Made by a program: the position numbers and the translations under genes. A stretch of 64,000 nucleotides of DNA from Meiothermus sp. (lineage in GTDB: Bacteria > Deinococcota > Deinococci > Deinococcales > Thermaceae): assembly GCA_033762915.1 (NCBI GenBank), contig JANRLD010000053.1, positions 77,094 to 141,093 of the forward strand. The letters are read 5' to 3'. Shown here in pieces: positions 9,783 through 20,100 of the stretch. How positions within the stretch are numbered: position 1 is the first letter of the stretch; each line of letters starts with the position of its first letter. Under the pieces are notes generated by a model. That model was not told the origin of the DNA and searched no databases. It saw nothing but the letters and a program-made list of their open reading frames with translations.

Positions 9783-10691
9783 TTGACGCTCACACCTGCA
9801 GTCTTGCACAACAACTCCTTACGCCTAACCGTGCTGCCTGAGCTGGGTTCGTGCATCGCGGGCCTCGAGCTGAAGCACCAGGGCTTCTGGCTGCCGGTGA
9901 TGCGCCCGATGTCGGTGGCGGCGGTGGCGGAGGGTAGCTCGCCGGACAGCTCGAGCTACATCCTCGCGCCGTACTCCAACCGCATACGCGACGGACGGTT
10001 CAGTTTCGGCGGCGAGAACTTCCAGCTCAAGCCCAACTGGCCCGACGGCAGGATGACCATTCACGGCGAGGTGCACGCTCGAGCCTGGCAAACGGTAGAG
10101 CGGTCGGCGGAGGTGCTGACCTGCCGCTTCGCCGCCGACGCCGGGCTCAACTTCCCCTTCACCTACGCCGTCGAGGCCGGCTTCCGCCTCGACGGCCCTG
10201 TTCTGGAGTTAGACCTCAGGCTCACCAACACCAGCGCCGGGCCGATGCCGGCCGGGCTGGGCCACCACCCCTACTTCATGCGCCGACTGGGCAGCAGCGG
10301 CGACCCGCTGGTGCAGTTCAAGGCCGAGATGGTCTACCTCACCGACGAGACCCGCATCCCCGCCGGGCCCGCCGCCGCCATCCCCGCCGATCTGGACTTT
10401 GGCCGGCCCAGGGCCGTCGGTCCGACCTTCATCGACAACGTGTTCTCCGGCTGGGACGGCAGGCTGAGCGCGGACTGGGGCCACTTCAAGATGACCCTTG
10501 AGGCCCAGCCGGTCTTCTCCCACCTGGTCATGTTCACCGCGCCCGACGGCACCCTGGCTCTGGAGCCGGTGACCCACGCCACCGACGGCTTCAACCTCAT
10601 GAGCCAGGGCCACGCCGACACGGGGGTGCGGGTACTCGAGCCCGGCGAGACCCTGCAAGGCAAGGTCTGGATCAAGCTCGAGGGCCGGTAG
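9783..10691 (+). CDS. Aldose 1-epimerase family protein (start uncertain: TTG 9783 or GTG 9729)
   Basis: PYSNRIRDGRF, IHGE, G.HPYF, LALEPVTH..DGFN; follows xylA. Confidence 0.88.
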   Translation: MTLTPAVLHNNSLRLTVLPELGSCIAGLELKHQGFWLPVMRPMSVAAVAEGSSPDSSSYILAPYSNRIRDGRFSFGGENFQLKPNWPDGRMTIHGEVHARAWQTVERSAEVLTCRFAADAGLNFPFTYAVEAGFRLDGPVLELDLRLTNTSAGPMPAGLGHHPYFMRRLGSSGDPLVQFKAEMVYLTDETRIPAGPAAAIPADLDFGRPRAVGPTFIDNVFSGWDGRLSADWGHFKMTLEAQPVFSHLVMFTAPDGTLALEPVTHATDGFNLMSQGHADTGVRVLEPGETLQGKVWIKLEGR

Positions 10692-10806
10692 ACTTCTTTG
10701 AGGAGTTGTCCTACCCCGTACGCCGGTCGGAGCCCGGCCGCGGTGAGCGGGACAGATATTTAGACGAGGTTTAGTCGCCCTCCTTCCCTCCTTCCTCTGC
10801 CCTCTC

Positions 10807-11229
10807 ATGTCCCCGTCCGAGTTCCGCTTCCTCCACCCCCTGCGCGTCCGCTGGGCCGAGACCGACATGCAGGGCATCGTGTTCAACGGGCACTACCTGA
10901 CCTATTGCGACGTGGCCATCACCGAATACTGGCGGGCCATGGGCTACGAGTACCCCAAGCCGGTGGAGCTGCTGGGGATTGACTTCTTCGTGGTCAAGGC
11001 CAGCCTCGAGTACCACGCCCCCGCCTGCTACGACGACGAGTTGCACATCGGTGTGCGGATGGACCGCATCGGCAACAGCAGCATGACCTTCAAGCTGGGC
11101 GTCTTCCGGGGCGAGTCCCACCTCATCACCGGCGAGATCATCTACGTCTCCGCCGACCCCCACAGCCGCAAGCCCCTGCGCGTGCCGGACGCCCTGCGGG
11201 GGGCGGTGGAGGGTCTGGAAAACGGCTAG
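10807..11229 (+). CDS. Acyl-CoA thioesterase (4HBT/YbgC hot-dog fold)
   Basis: RVRWAETDMQGIVFNGHYL.Y. Confidence 0.9.
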   Translation: MSPSEFRFLHPLRVRWAETDMQGIVFNGHYLTYCDVAITEYWRAMGYEYPKPVELLGIDFFVVKASLEYHAPACYDDELHIGVRMDRIGNSSMTFKLGVFRGESHLITGEIIYVSADPHSRKPLRVPDALRGAVEGLENG

Positions 11230-11234
11230 TGTCT

Positions 11235-11356
11235 CCATAGTTGAAACATGCCGCCCGCCAACGCCCGCAGGGCACTGCGCCAGGTACGCATCTACGGTAT
11301 CCGCCGATGGCACACTTCCTTTCCTGGCGCACCTTAGGGGCAGCCAGCGGCGGCAT
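11235..11356 (+). repeat. Dispersed intergenic repeat family A, copy 2 (long imperfect hairpin)
   Basis: ccatagttga..atgccgcc...tgcgccagg...cctggcgca...ggcggcat. Core atctac..tatccgccgat.....acttcc..cctggcgca.ctta is shared with 38179-38225. Confidence 0.7.
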
Positions 11357-11510
11357 CGAAACCCTGCCCTCACCCGGCTCTTGGGTAATTTGACCCAGGC
11401 TTAGATTAAGACACGTTCTATGCTTAATGGTGCAGAAGTCTTTCCGTCTGCCGCCAGCCCTGTGCATTCGTCCCCAACCCCGGCTGGAAATACTGTCCTG
11501 AGTCTAAATT

Positions 11511-14500
11511 GTGTCCGTGAATCCGAGTTCCCCCACACCCTCGCTCGAGCAACTCCTGCTGGAGTGCAGCCTTGAGCTGCTGCGCGAGCCCGACCAGGCC
11601 ACCTTCTTCGAGCGGCTGGTGGAGCAGGCAGCGCGGCTGCTGGGGACCCCCGACGCCTACTTGTACCTGACCAAGGGCGAGCAGCTCGTCAGCCAGGTCG
11701 CCCTGGGGGTACACGCCCCACTCAGAGGACACCGCCTGAACCGCGGGCAGGGGGTGGGGGGGGTGGTATGGGAGCGCGGGCAGGGCGTGCGGGTCGACGA
11801 CTACGATAGCTGGGAGCTGCGCTCCCCGAACTTCCCCTACGGCCTGCTGCACGCCATCGTGGGGGTGCCGATCCGCCTCGAGGGGCAAACCGTGGGGATG
11901 CTGGGGGTGAGCAGCCCCGACCCCCAGCGGCGCTTCGTCCAGGCCGAGGAGGCGGTACTGGAGCGCTTTGTCCAGGTGGCCGAGCTGGCCCTCAAGCACT
12001 ACCGGCTGGCCGCCGAGCTGAAGGCCCAGCGCGACGAGGCCACGCGGCTGCTGGCCAGCCTGTCCGAGGCAGTGGTGCAGACCGACGGCAGTTGCGTCGT
12101 CACCTACCTGAACTCCGCCTGGGAGCAGCTCACCGGGATGCGGCCGGCGGACTGCGTGGGCCGGCCGTACGTCGAGTTCATCCACCCCGACGACCGCGAG
12201 CGGCTCATGGAGGAGATCGACCGGCGGGCCGACCGGCCGGTAAGCTCCTACGAGTACCGCCTGCTCCACGCCACGGAGGGCTACCGCTGGGTGAACAGTC
12301 GCGCCCAGCTCGAGCTGGGCGCGGACGGGTGGGTGCTGCGGGTCAACAGGGTACTCACCGACATCACCCAGCACCGCCAGGACGAGCAGGCCCTGCGCCA
12401 AGGCGAGGAGCGCAAGCAGCAGTTGCTGGAGAGCCTGGGCGAGGCGGTGGTGGAGGCCGACCGCCAGGGCCTGATAACCTACGTCAACCCGGCCTGGCAG
12501 GACATGACCGGCTTCAGCGCTGCCGAGACCGTGGGGCGACACTACTTCGAGTTCGTCCACGCCGAAGACCAGCCCGCCGTCGTGAGGCTCATCCGCCAAG
12601 CCCGCGAAGAGGGGTCGGCGGAGCGCCGCCTCGAGTACCGTCTGGTGGTCAAGGGCGGCGGGCTGCGCTGGGTCAACAGCCAGGGCAACTGGCTGCGCGG
12701 CGCGGACGGGCAGATCCACGGGATGACCGGCGTCCTCACCGACATCCACGCCCGGCGCGAGGCCGAGGCGGCCCTGCTCGAGAGCCGCGAGCGCTTTCGG
12801 CGGCTGCTCGACACCACCCCCGGGGTGGTCTGGGAGGCCGAGGTGGGCGGGGGCAACATCTTCATAAGCAGCCAGGCCGAGACCATCCTGGGCTACACGC
12901 CCGAGGAGTGGTTGGACGATCCCGACTTTTGGCAGCAGCGCCTGCACCCCGCCGACTTCGAGACGACCCTGGCCCTGAACGCCCAGGCCGACCACGCCCC
13001 CCACGGCTTCTCGTACGAGCTGGAGTACCGGTTTATGACCAAATGGGGGCAGTACGTCTGGATCCGCGACCTGTGCCGGGTGGTCGTCGAGCCGGGTAAG
13101 CCGAGGCGCTTGCTGGGACTGATGGTTGACATCACCCACCAGAAGCAGACCGAGCTCGAGCTGGCCGTGAGCGAGGAGCGCTACGCGTTGGCAGCACGGG
13201 GCTCCAACGACGGCATCTGGAACTGGGACCTCCAGACCAACCGCGTGCACGTGTCGGCCCGGCTCAGCGCCATCCTTGGACTCCCGGCGCAGGAGGCCAC
13301 CCACGACTCGGCCTGGGGGCTGTTCGAGTCCGTCGTGCATCCCGAAGACCTCGAGCGCGCCACGGCGGCGGCCCAGAACCATCTGGCCGGGGAGACGCCC
13401 GGGGCCTCGGTGGACCTGCGGATGCGCCACGCCGAGGGGCGCTGGATCTGGGTCAACCTGCGGGGGGTGGCCCACTTCAGCCCGGGGGGGGTGGCCAACC
13501 GCATGGCCGGCTCGCTCTCGGCCCTGGCCGAACGCGGCAGCTACTACGACCCCCTAACCCACCTCCCCGGCCGCTCGCTGTTCAACGACCGCCTCGAGCG
13601 GGCCATCGCCATGCAGTCCAGAGACCCTGCCCGGCAGTTCGCGGTGCTCTTCCTCGACCTCGACCGCTTCAAGGTCATCAACGACTCGCTGGGCCATCAC
13701 GCCGGGGACCTGCTCCTCACCGAGGTGGCGCGGCGGCTCGAGAGCTGTCTGCGGCCCGGCGACACCGTCGCCCGGCTGGGCGGCGACGAGTTCGTGGTGC
13801 TGCTGGAGGGGCTGCACAACCCGGAGGAGGCCCTGCGGGTGGCCGAGCGCATCCGCGAGGCTCTGGCGCAGCCCTTCAGGCTGGGGGCCAACGAGACCTT
13901 CAGCGGGGTCAGCATCGGGGTGGTGGACAGCGCCAACAGCTTCGGGAGCGTGGAGGACTACCTGCGCTCCGCCGACACCGCCATGTACAAGGCCAAGGGC
14001 GAGCGGCTGGGGGTCAGCCGCTACAGCCCGCAGATGCACGCCCAGGCCAGCCTGCGCCTCGAGACCGAGGTCAGCCTGCGCCGCGCCCTGGCCCAGGGCG
14101 AGTTGACCCTGCACTACCAGCCGATCATCGAGCTGAACAGCGGGCGGGTGCGGGGCTTCGAGGCCCTGGTGCGCTGGCACCACCCGACACGGGGGCTGGT
14201 CTACCCGCTCGAGTTCATCCCGGTGGCCGAGGAGACCGGCCTGATCGTCCCGCTGGGGCAGTGGGTGCTGGGCCGAGTCTGCCGCCAGCTCACGGCCATT
14301 CAGGAGCGCCACCCCGGCCTCTACGTCAGCGTCAACGTGGCCGCCCGCCAGCTCCAGCAGGCCGGCTTCGCCGAGGAGGTGGAGGCGCTGCTGGCGGCCC
14401 ACAGCCTGGGGGTCGGTTGGCTGCAACTCGAGATCACCGAGAACTCGGTGGTCGAGGGCAGCGCGACGGTGCTGGAAAACATCGAGCGGCTACGTCGGCG

Positions 14501-14858
14501 GGGCGTCTACATCCACCTCGACGACTTCGGCACCGGCTACTCCAGCCTCTCCTACCTCCGCAAGCTGCCCATCGACGCGCTAAAGATCGATCGCTCCTTC
14601 ATCGCCCAGCAGCACCACCGCTCCAACCGCCAGATCGTCGAGGCGGTGGTGCAGATGGCCAAGGCGCTGGGCCTGGCGGTGGTCTGCGAGGGCATCGAAC
14701 TCCAGACCCAGGCCGACTGGCTGCGCCGCCTCGAGGTGGAGTACGGCCAGGGCTACCTCTACGCCCGCCCGATGCCCGCCGAGCGGCTCGAGAGGTTTCT
14801 GGCGGAAGCCTCGAGGATCGAGCAGGCCAATGCGGTGCGGGCAAAAGCGGAGGGGTGA
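11511..14858 (+). CDS. GAF-PAS-GGDEF-EAL diguanylate cyclase/phosphodiesterase
   Basis: Four HP(D/E)D-type PAS/PAC units; DLDRFK.IND..GH..GD; RPGDTVARLGGDEF; FEALVRW; DDFGTGYSS; KIDRSF. Confidence 0.95.
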   Translation: MSVNPSSPTPSLEQLLLECSLELLREPDQATFFERLVEQAARLLGTPDAYLYLTKGEQLVSQVALGVHAPLRGHRLNRGQGVGGVVWERGQGVRVDDYDSWELRSPNFPYGLLHAIVGVPIRLEGQTVGMLGVSSPDPQRRFVQAEEAVLERFVQVAELALKHYRLAAELKAQRDEATRLLASLSEAVVQTDGSCVVTYLNSAWEQLTGMRPADCVGRPYVEFIHPDDRERLMEEIDRRADRPVSSYEYRLLHATEGYRWVNSRAQLELGADGWVLRVNRVLTDITQHRQDEQALRQGEERKQQLLESLGEAVVEADRQGLITYVNPAWQDMTGFSAAETVGRHYFEFVHAEDQPAVVRLIRQAREEGSAERRLEYRLVVKGGGLRWVNSQGNWLRGADGQIHGMTGVLTDIHARREAEAALLESRERFRRLLDTTPGVVWEAEVGGGNIFISSQAETILGYTPEEWLDDPDFWQQRLHPADFETTLALNAQADHAPHGFSYELEYRFMTKWGQYVWIRDLCRVVVEPGKPRRLLGLMVDITHQKQTELELAVSEERYALAARGSNDGIWNWDLQTNRVHVSARLSAILGLPAQEATHDSAWGLFESVVHPEDLERATAAAQNHLAGETPGASVDLRMRHAEGRWIWVNLRGVAHFSPGGVANRMAGSLSALAERGSYYDPLTHLPGRSLFNDRLERAIAMQSRDPARQFAVLFLDLDRFKVINDSLGHHAGDLLLTEVARRLESCLRPGDTVARLGGDEFVVLLEGLHNPEEALRVAERIREALAQPFRLGANETFSGVSIGVVDSANSFGSVEDYLRSADTAMYKAKGERLGVSRYSPQMHAQASLRLETEVSLRRALAQGELTLHYQPIIELNSGRVRGFEALVRWHHPTRGLVYPLEFIPVAEETGLIVPLGQWVLGRVCRQLTAIQERHPGLYVSVNVAARQLQQAGFAEEVEALLAAHSLGVGWLQLEITENSVVEGSATVLENIERLRRRGVYIHLDDFGTGYSSLSYLRKLPIDALKIDRSFIAQQHHRSNRQIVEAVVQMAKALGLAVVCEGIELQTQADWLRRLEVEYGQGYLYARPMPAERLERFLAEASRIEQANAVRAKAEG

Positions 14859-14967
14859 TTTGCTGAAGGCCAGGGGTTAAAGGTCGACCCCAGTTCCCGC
14901 CTGTGCTACCCTGAAAGACTGCGCCTTGGACAGGTAGTTATGTAGCCCGGCCCATCCCCTACCCGAC

Positions 14968-14992
14968 TCGCCCGGTTCGCCGGGTGATTTTT
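14968..14992 (+). terminator. Intrinsic terminator-like hairpin just upstream of the RNA ligase gene
   Basis: tcgcccgg-TTCG-ccgggtga followed by TTTTT. Confidence 0.55.
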
Positions 14993-15022
14993 CCTGCAAC
15001 CACACCTCATAGGGGATGATTC

Positions 15023-15658
15023 ATGAGCACCTACCGCAAGTACCCCAGCACGCCGCACCTGCCCTGGTCGCCGTGCGTACAGCCCGACGATGTCACCCTG
15101 GACGCCACAAGCCTTCTCGAGGGCAAGGAGGTGGTCGTCGTCGAGAAGCTGGATGGCGAGAACACCTCGATGTACCCCGACTACATCCACGCCCGCTCTA
15201 CCAACCCGCGCCCCCACCCCTCCCGCGACTACGTGAAGGCCCTTCACGGCCAGATCCGGGGCAACATCCCGCCGGGCTGGCGCCTGGTCGGAGAGAACGT
15301 GTACGCCCTCCACTCCATCTTTTACGACAACCTCGAGGGCTACTTCTACCTCTTCTCGATCTGGGACGAACACGACGTCTGCCTCAGCTGGGACGAGGTG
15401 AGGGAGTGGGCGGCGCTGCTCGAGCTGCCCACCCCTAAGGAGTTCTATCGTGGGATCTGGGACGAAAAGACCATCCGAGCCATCCGGGTAGACACCCAGA
15501 CCTGCGAGGGCTATGTGGTGCGAACCGTGGAGGGCTTTGCCTACAAAGACTTTGCCCGCCACGTCGCCAAGTGGGTGCGCCCGAACCACATCCAAACCGA
15601 CGAGCACTGGATGAACCGGGCGGTGGTGCCCAACAAACTGAGGACGGAAAGCCGGTAG
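15023..15658 (+). CDS. ATP-dependent RNA ligase family protein (nucleotidyltransferase domain only)
   Basis: KYPSTPHL N-terminus; motif I EKLDGEN, III GENVY, IIIa FYLFSIW, IV EGYVVR, V AKWV. Confidence 0.85.
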   Translation: MSTYRKYPSTPHLPWSPCVQPDDVTLDATSLLEGKEVVVVEKLDGENTSMYPDYIHARSTNPRPHPSRDYVKALHGQIRGNIPPGWRLVGENVYALHSIFYDNLEGYFYLFSIWDEHDVCLSWDEVREWAALLELPTPKEFYRGIWDEKTIRAIRVDTQTCEGYVVRTVEGFAYKDFARHVAKWVRPNHIQTDEHWMNRAVVPNKLRTESR

Positions 15659-15715
15659 CCCATAGCCATCGACCGCAGCGGGCGATGAGCTATCGGCAGG
15701 TTTACGGGGGGCAAC

Positions 15716-16984
15716 ATGCACGCGCTATTGCAACACATCTTGCAGGGCGGGAGGCCCGAACTCGAGGAGTTCTTATGGCAGCTCGGCACGGCCTTCCCGC
15801 TGCTTTTGGAGCTGGAGAAGACGCCCCAAGACCCGGTCTGGCACGCCGAGGGGAACGTCCGGGTTCACACCTCGAGGGTCTTGCGCGAGGTGTACCGGGC
15901 GCTCGATGACGAGGCCGAAGCGCTAACACCGGGGCAAAAGCTGGCCCTGGTGCTGGGCGCGGTCTTTCACGACATCGCCAAGCCGGTGACGACCAGGGAG
16001 CAGGTGTTCGACGGCACCGTGCGCATCATCGCGCCGCGCCACCCCGAGCAGGGGCGCAGCCACCTGGCCTACAGGCTGATGGGTCTGGGCCTGCCCCATC
16101 CGGTGGTTCTGGACGTGCTGGCGCTGGTGGGGCACCACCACGACCCCCGCAAGCTGGTCAAGAGCTCCGCCGCCGGGGGCAGGTACTGGCAGCTCAGCAG
16201 CCTCTGTAACCCGGCCCTACTCTACCCGCTGGCGCTGGCCGACATCCGGGGCCGGGACGCGGCGGACCACCGGGAACAGCTCGAGATTGTCGAACTCTAC
16301 AGGCTGTTCGCCGAGGAGCATGGGGCCTGGACACCCGACCCGTACGCCGCGTGGCGGGAACCGCTCGAGGCCGAGCTGGGCCGGGGCGCCCTGGCCGACT
16401 TGGTAACGGGCGAGGCCCGCGCGGACCACGCCGCCGGGCTGATCTCCACACCCGAGGAGGCGCTGGCCCGCTCCTACAGGTTCCGCCGGGGCTTCGGGGA
16501 GTTGGTGGTGATGTGCGGCCCCAGCGGATCGGGCAAGAGCACCTGGATCGCCAAGAACCTGCCCAACCACGCGACCGTCTCGCTGGACGAGTTGCGCGAG
16601 GAAATCGCGGGCAGGCGGGCCGACCAGAGCATGAACGGTCGGGTGCAGCAGGCCGCCCGAGAGCAGCTCAAGGCCCGCCTTAGAGAACACAAAAAGGTGG
16701 TCTGGGACGCCACCAACCTGCGCCGCGACTTCCGCGCCCCGATCCTCGAGTTGGGCCGCCTCTACGGCGCGGCAACCACGCTAGTGGTCTTCCAGGCTCC
16801 GGAAGCCGAGTTCTTCGCGAACAACCGGACCCGCGCCCACGCCGTCCCTGAAAACGTGCTGGCCAGGCAGTTGGGGATGCTCGAGTTCCCCTACCTCAGC
16901 GAAGCCCACCGAACTGTCTTCGTGGGGGCCAAGGGCCTCGAGCTTAATAAATTCGGCTTCAGCAGCTCCGAGGGGCCTGGGTGA
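15716..16984 (+). CDS. HD phosphoesterase-polynucleotide kinase fusion (HD-Pnk type end-healing enzyme)
   Basis: QDPVWHAEGNV..HT, FHDIAK, HH, D in the N-terminal domain; P-loop GPSGSGKST, DELR, WDATN...R in the C-terminal domain. Confidence 0.87.
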   Translation: MHALLQHILQGGRPELEEFLWQLGTAFPLLLELEKTPQDPVWHAEGNVRVHTSRVLREVYRALDDEAEALTPGQKLALVLGAVFHDIAKPVTTREQVFDGTVRIIAPRHPEQGRSHLAYRLMGLGLPHPVVLDVLALVGHHHDPRKLVKSSAAGGRYWQLSSLCNPALLYPLALADIRGRDAADHREQLEIVELYRLFAEEHGAWTPDPYAAWREPLEAELGRGALADLVTGEARADHAAGLISTPEEALARSYRFRRGFGELVVMCGPSGSGKSTWIAKNLPNHATVSLDELREEIAGRRADQSMNGRVQQAAREQLKARLREHKKVVWDATNLRRDFRAPILELGRLYGAATTLVVFQAPEAEFFANNRTRAHAVPENVLARQLGMLEFPYLSEAHRTVFVGAKGLELNKFGFSSSEGPG

Positions 16985-17158
16985 TGGCCTTGAGGCCGTC
17001 CCGACCCCTCGGCCCCGCGGCCGCTGGGGGCATTGTGACCAATAAACCGAGGCGGCGGCCCGGGGGTGTTAGTCTAACAGCGTTTCCGCATCGCCCCCTG
17101 TCGTCCCACGGGTGGGCCAAATCCCCCGAAACATTGCGCACAACCCAGGGACACCGCC

Positions 17159-20100
17159 ATGCCAAGACGCTCGGTGCAAAAGCTCAACCAACTGCTGCTG
17201 GGGGTGGCCGAGATTGCCCACCGCCTGACCTCCGGCGACGCCCTGGCGCAATTGCCGGAAGTGGTGCGGATCCTGGGCCAGGGCCTGGGAGTGGATCGGG
17301 TCTACCTGAACCAGTACCACCCCGGCGAGGGGGGGGAGGTGCGGGTCAGCCAGCGGGCCGAGTGGACCTCGGACAAGGTGGCCCCCCTGCAGCACAACCC
17401 CGCCATGCAGAACCGGCTGCCCTACGAGCCCTTCCGCCAGCGGCTGCTGGCCGGGGAGATCCTGATGCTCCACCGCCAGGACATACCCGCGCCCTTCCGC
17501 AGGCACCCCGCCCTGGCGGACATCGGGTCGTTCCTGGAGGTGCCGATCTTCGCCGGCGAGGCACTGTGGGGCTTCATCGGCTTTAACTCGGTGAGACGGC
17601 GGCGCACCTGGGACGAGGCCGAAGTCAGTGTGCTGCGCACCGCCGCCGACAGCCTGGGCAAGGCCCTCTGGCGCGAGCAGGCCCAGCAGCAGTTGCGCCA
17701 GGAGCAGAACCGCAGCCGGGAGCTGCTCCTCCAGAGCCGCCGCAACAACGAGCGCCTGGAGCTGCTGCTCAAACTGGCCCGAACCCTCAAGAGCGACCTT
17801 GACCTGCCCGACCTCTACCGCCAGGTGGTCGAGACGGTGGCCCAGACCTTCGGCTACGAGCTGTTCTCGATCTACTTGTGGGAGGACGGCGAGCTGGTGA
17901 TGCAGCACCAGGTCGGCTACGAGTTCTGGCTCGAGCGCATCCCGGCGGGCGAGGGGGTGATGTACCAGTGCTTCACCCGAGGCCAGCCAATCTGGCTGGC
18001 GGATGCCCAGGACGACCCCCGCTTCATCGGGATGCAGCCCGACATCCGCTCGGAGATCGCGGTGCCGCTGCGGGCGGGGGGGCGGGTGGTCGGGGTGATC
18101 AACGCCGAGAGCATGACCGTCACCTACACCGAGCACGACCTCGAGTTCCTGGTGGCGGTGGCCGACCAGATCAGCGTGGCCCTCGAGCGCTCCAGCGCCT
18201 ACAACGCCCTACGCGAGCAGGAGGCGCTGCACCGGCTGGTGCTGGACAACCAGTCGGAGTGCGTCAGCCTCTTCGACGGCGACACCCTGATCTACACCAA
18301 CCCGGCCAGCCTGAGGGCGGTGGGGGCAGAGCACCTGGAGGAAGTGGTGGGCCGCTCGCTGGGCGGCGTCAGCGCCGGCGGGCGCACCCCGCTCGACCTC
18401 AGGAAGTACGCCCAGGCCCTGCGCGAGGGCCGCAGCGTTACCCTGACCGAGGCCAGCTTCCGCAACCTACGCGGCGAGGCGGTGGAGATCGAGATTACCC
18501 TCTCCCCTGTCCAGATGGCCGGGCGACGGCTGACCCTAGCCACCTGGCGCGACATCCGCGAGCGCAAGCGGGCCGAGGCCGCCCTGCGCCAGAGCCAGGA
18601 GCGCTTCCGGGCGCTGGTCGAGACCTCGCCCGACGGCATCCTCGAGCTCGATCCAGACGGCCAGATCCTCTACGCCAACGCGGCCTTCGCCTGGCTGGTG
18701 GGGGCCTCCGGCCCCGCCGAGGTGCAGGGCCAGAACATCAGCCGCTTCCGCCCCGCCGACGTTCACGCCCCCGCCCAGCCCGCCCCGGAGGCCCACCACC
18801 CCTTCCAGGCAGCCTTCTCCGAACAGAAATACGCGAGGGTGGACGGGCAGAGGGTGGCGGTGGAGGTGGGCCGGGCGCAGATTCCCGGCCACAACCGCTC
18901 CATGCAGATCGTGCGCGACATCAGCGCCCGGCAGGCCGCCGAGGCCGCTGTGCGCGAGAGCGAGAACCGCTTCCGCACAGTGGTGGAGGTCTCGCCCGAC
19001 GGCGTGCTGCTGATCGAGCCGGAGTTCGGTCGCATCCTCTACGCCAACCCGGCCTACCTCCAGATGGTGCGGGCCGGGCAGGCCGAACAGGTGGTGGGCC
19101 AGCTCCTGTGGCGCTTCGTCCACCCCGACTACCAGAACCTGGTGGCCGGGCGGGTGATGCAGATTGCCCAGAACGGCGAGGCCCAGCCGCTGGTCGAGCA
19201 GCGCCACCTGCGCCTCGACGGCAGCGTGCTCGAGGTCGAGGTGGCCAGCAGCGGCCTGCAGGTGGGCTCCATCGGGGCCATCCTGATCATCGTGCGCGAC
19301 GTGGGGCAGCGCAAGCGGGCCGAGGACGCGCTCAAGGCCAGCGAGGCCCGCTTCAAGGCCCTGATCCAAAACAGCCTGGACATGACCCTGATCGTCGACC
19401 AGAAGGGCCTCATCACCTACGCCACCCCCAACGCGGTGCGCATTCCCCCCGAGGCCGTCGGGAAGATCAGCGCCTTCGACTTCCTGCCCGGCGAGGAACA
19501 GGAGCGGGCGCGGGGCATTCTGGCCGAGAGCCTACGCAAGCCCCGCGAGATCATCACCCTCGAGATCAACGCCACCCTGCCCGGCAACGAGCCCTCCTGG
19601 TACGACGTATGGGTGCAGAACCTGCTCGACGAGCCCGCCGTGGGGGGCATCGTGCTCAACCTGCGCGACATCTCCGAGCGCAAGGCCTACCAGTCGACCA
19701 TCGAGTACCTGGCCTACCACGACGCCATGACGGGGCTGCCCAACCGCCGGATGCTGCGCGAGCAGTCCGACCAGGTGCTGGCCCAGGCCAAGCGCAACGC
19801 CCACGAGGCCACCCTGGTCTACCTCGACCTCGACCGCTTTAAGGAGGTCAACGACACCCTGGGCCACGAGGCGGGCGACGCCCTGCTGGTGCAGGTGGCG
19901 CGGCGCATCCAGGGCTGCATCCGCCAGGGCGACCTGCTGGCGCGGCTGGGCGGCGACGAGTTCGCCATCCTGCTGCACGACACCACCCCCACCGGCGCGG
20001 CCGACGCGGCCCAGCGGGTGCTGGCGGTGCTGGCCCAGCCGTTCACCATCGCCGACACCACCCTGCGCATCGGGGCCAGCCTGGGGCTGGGGGTCTTCCC

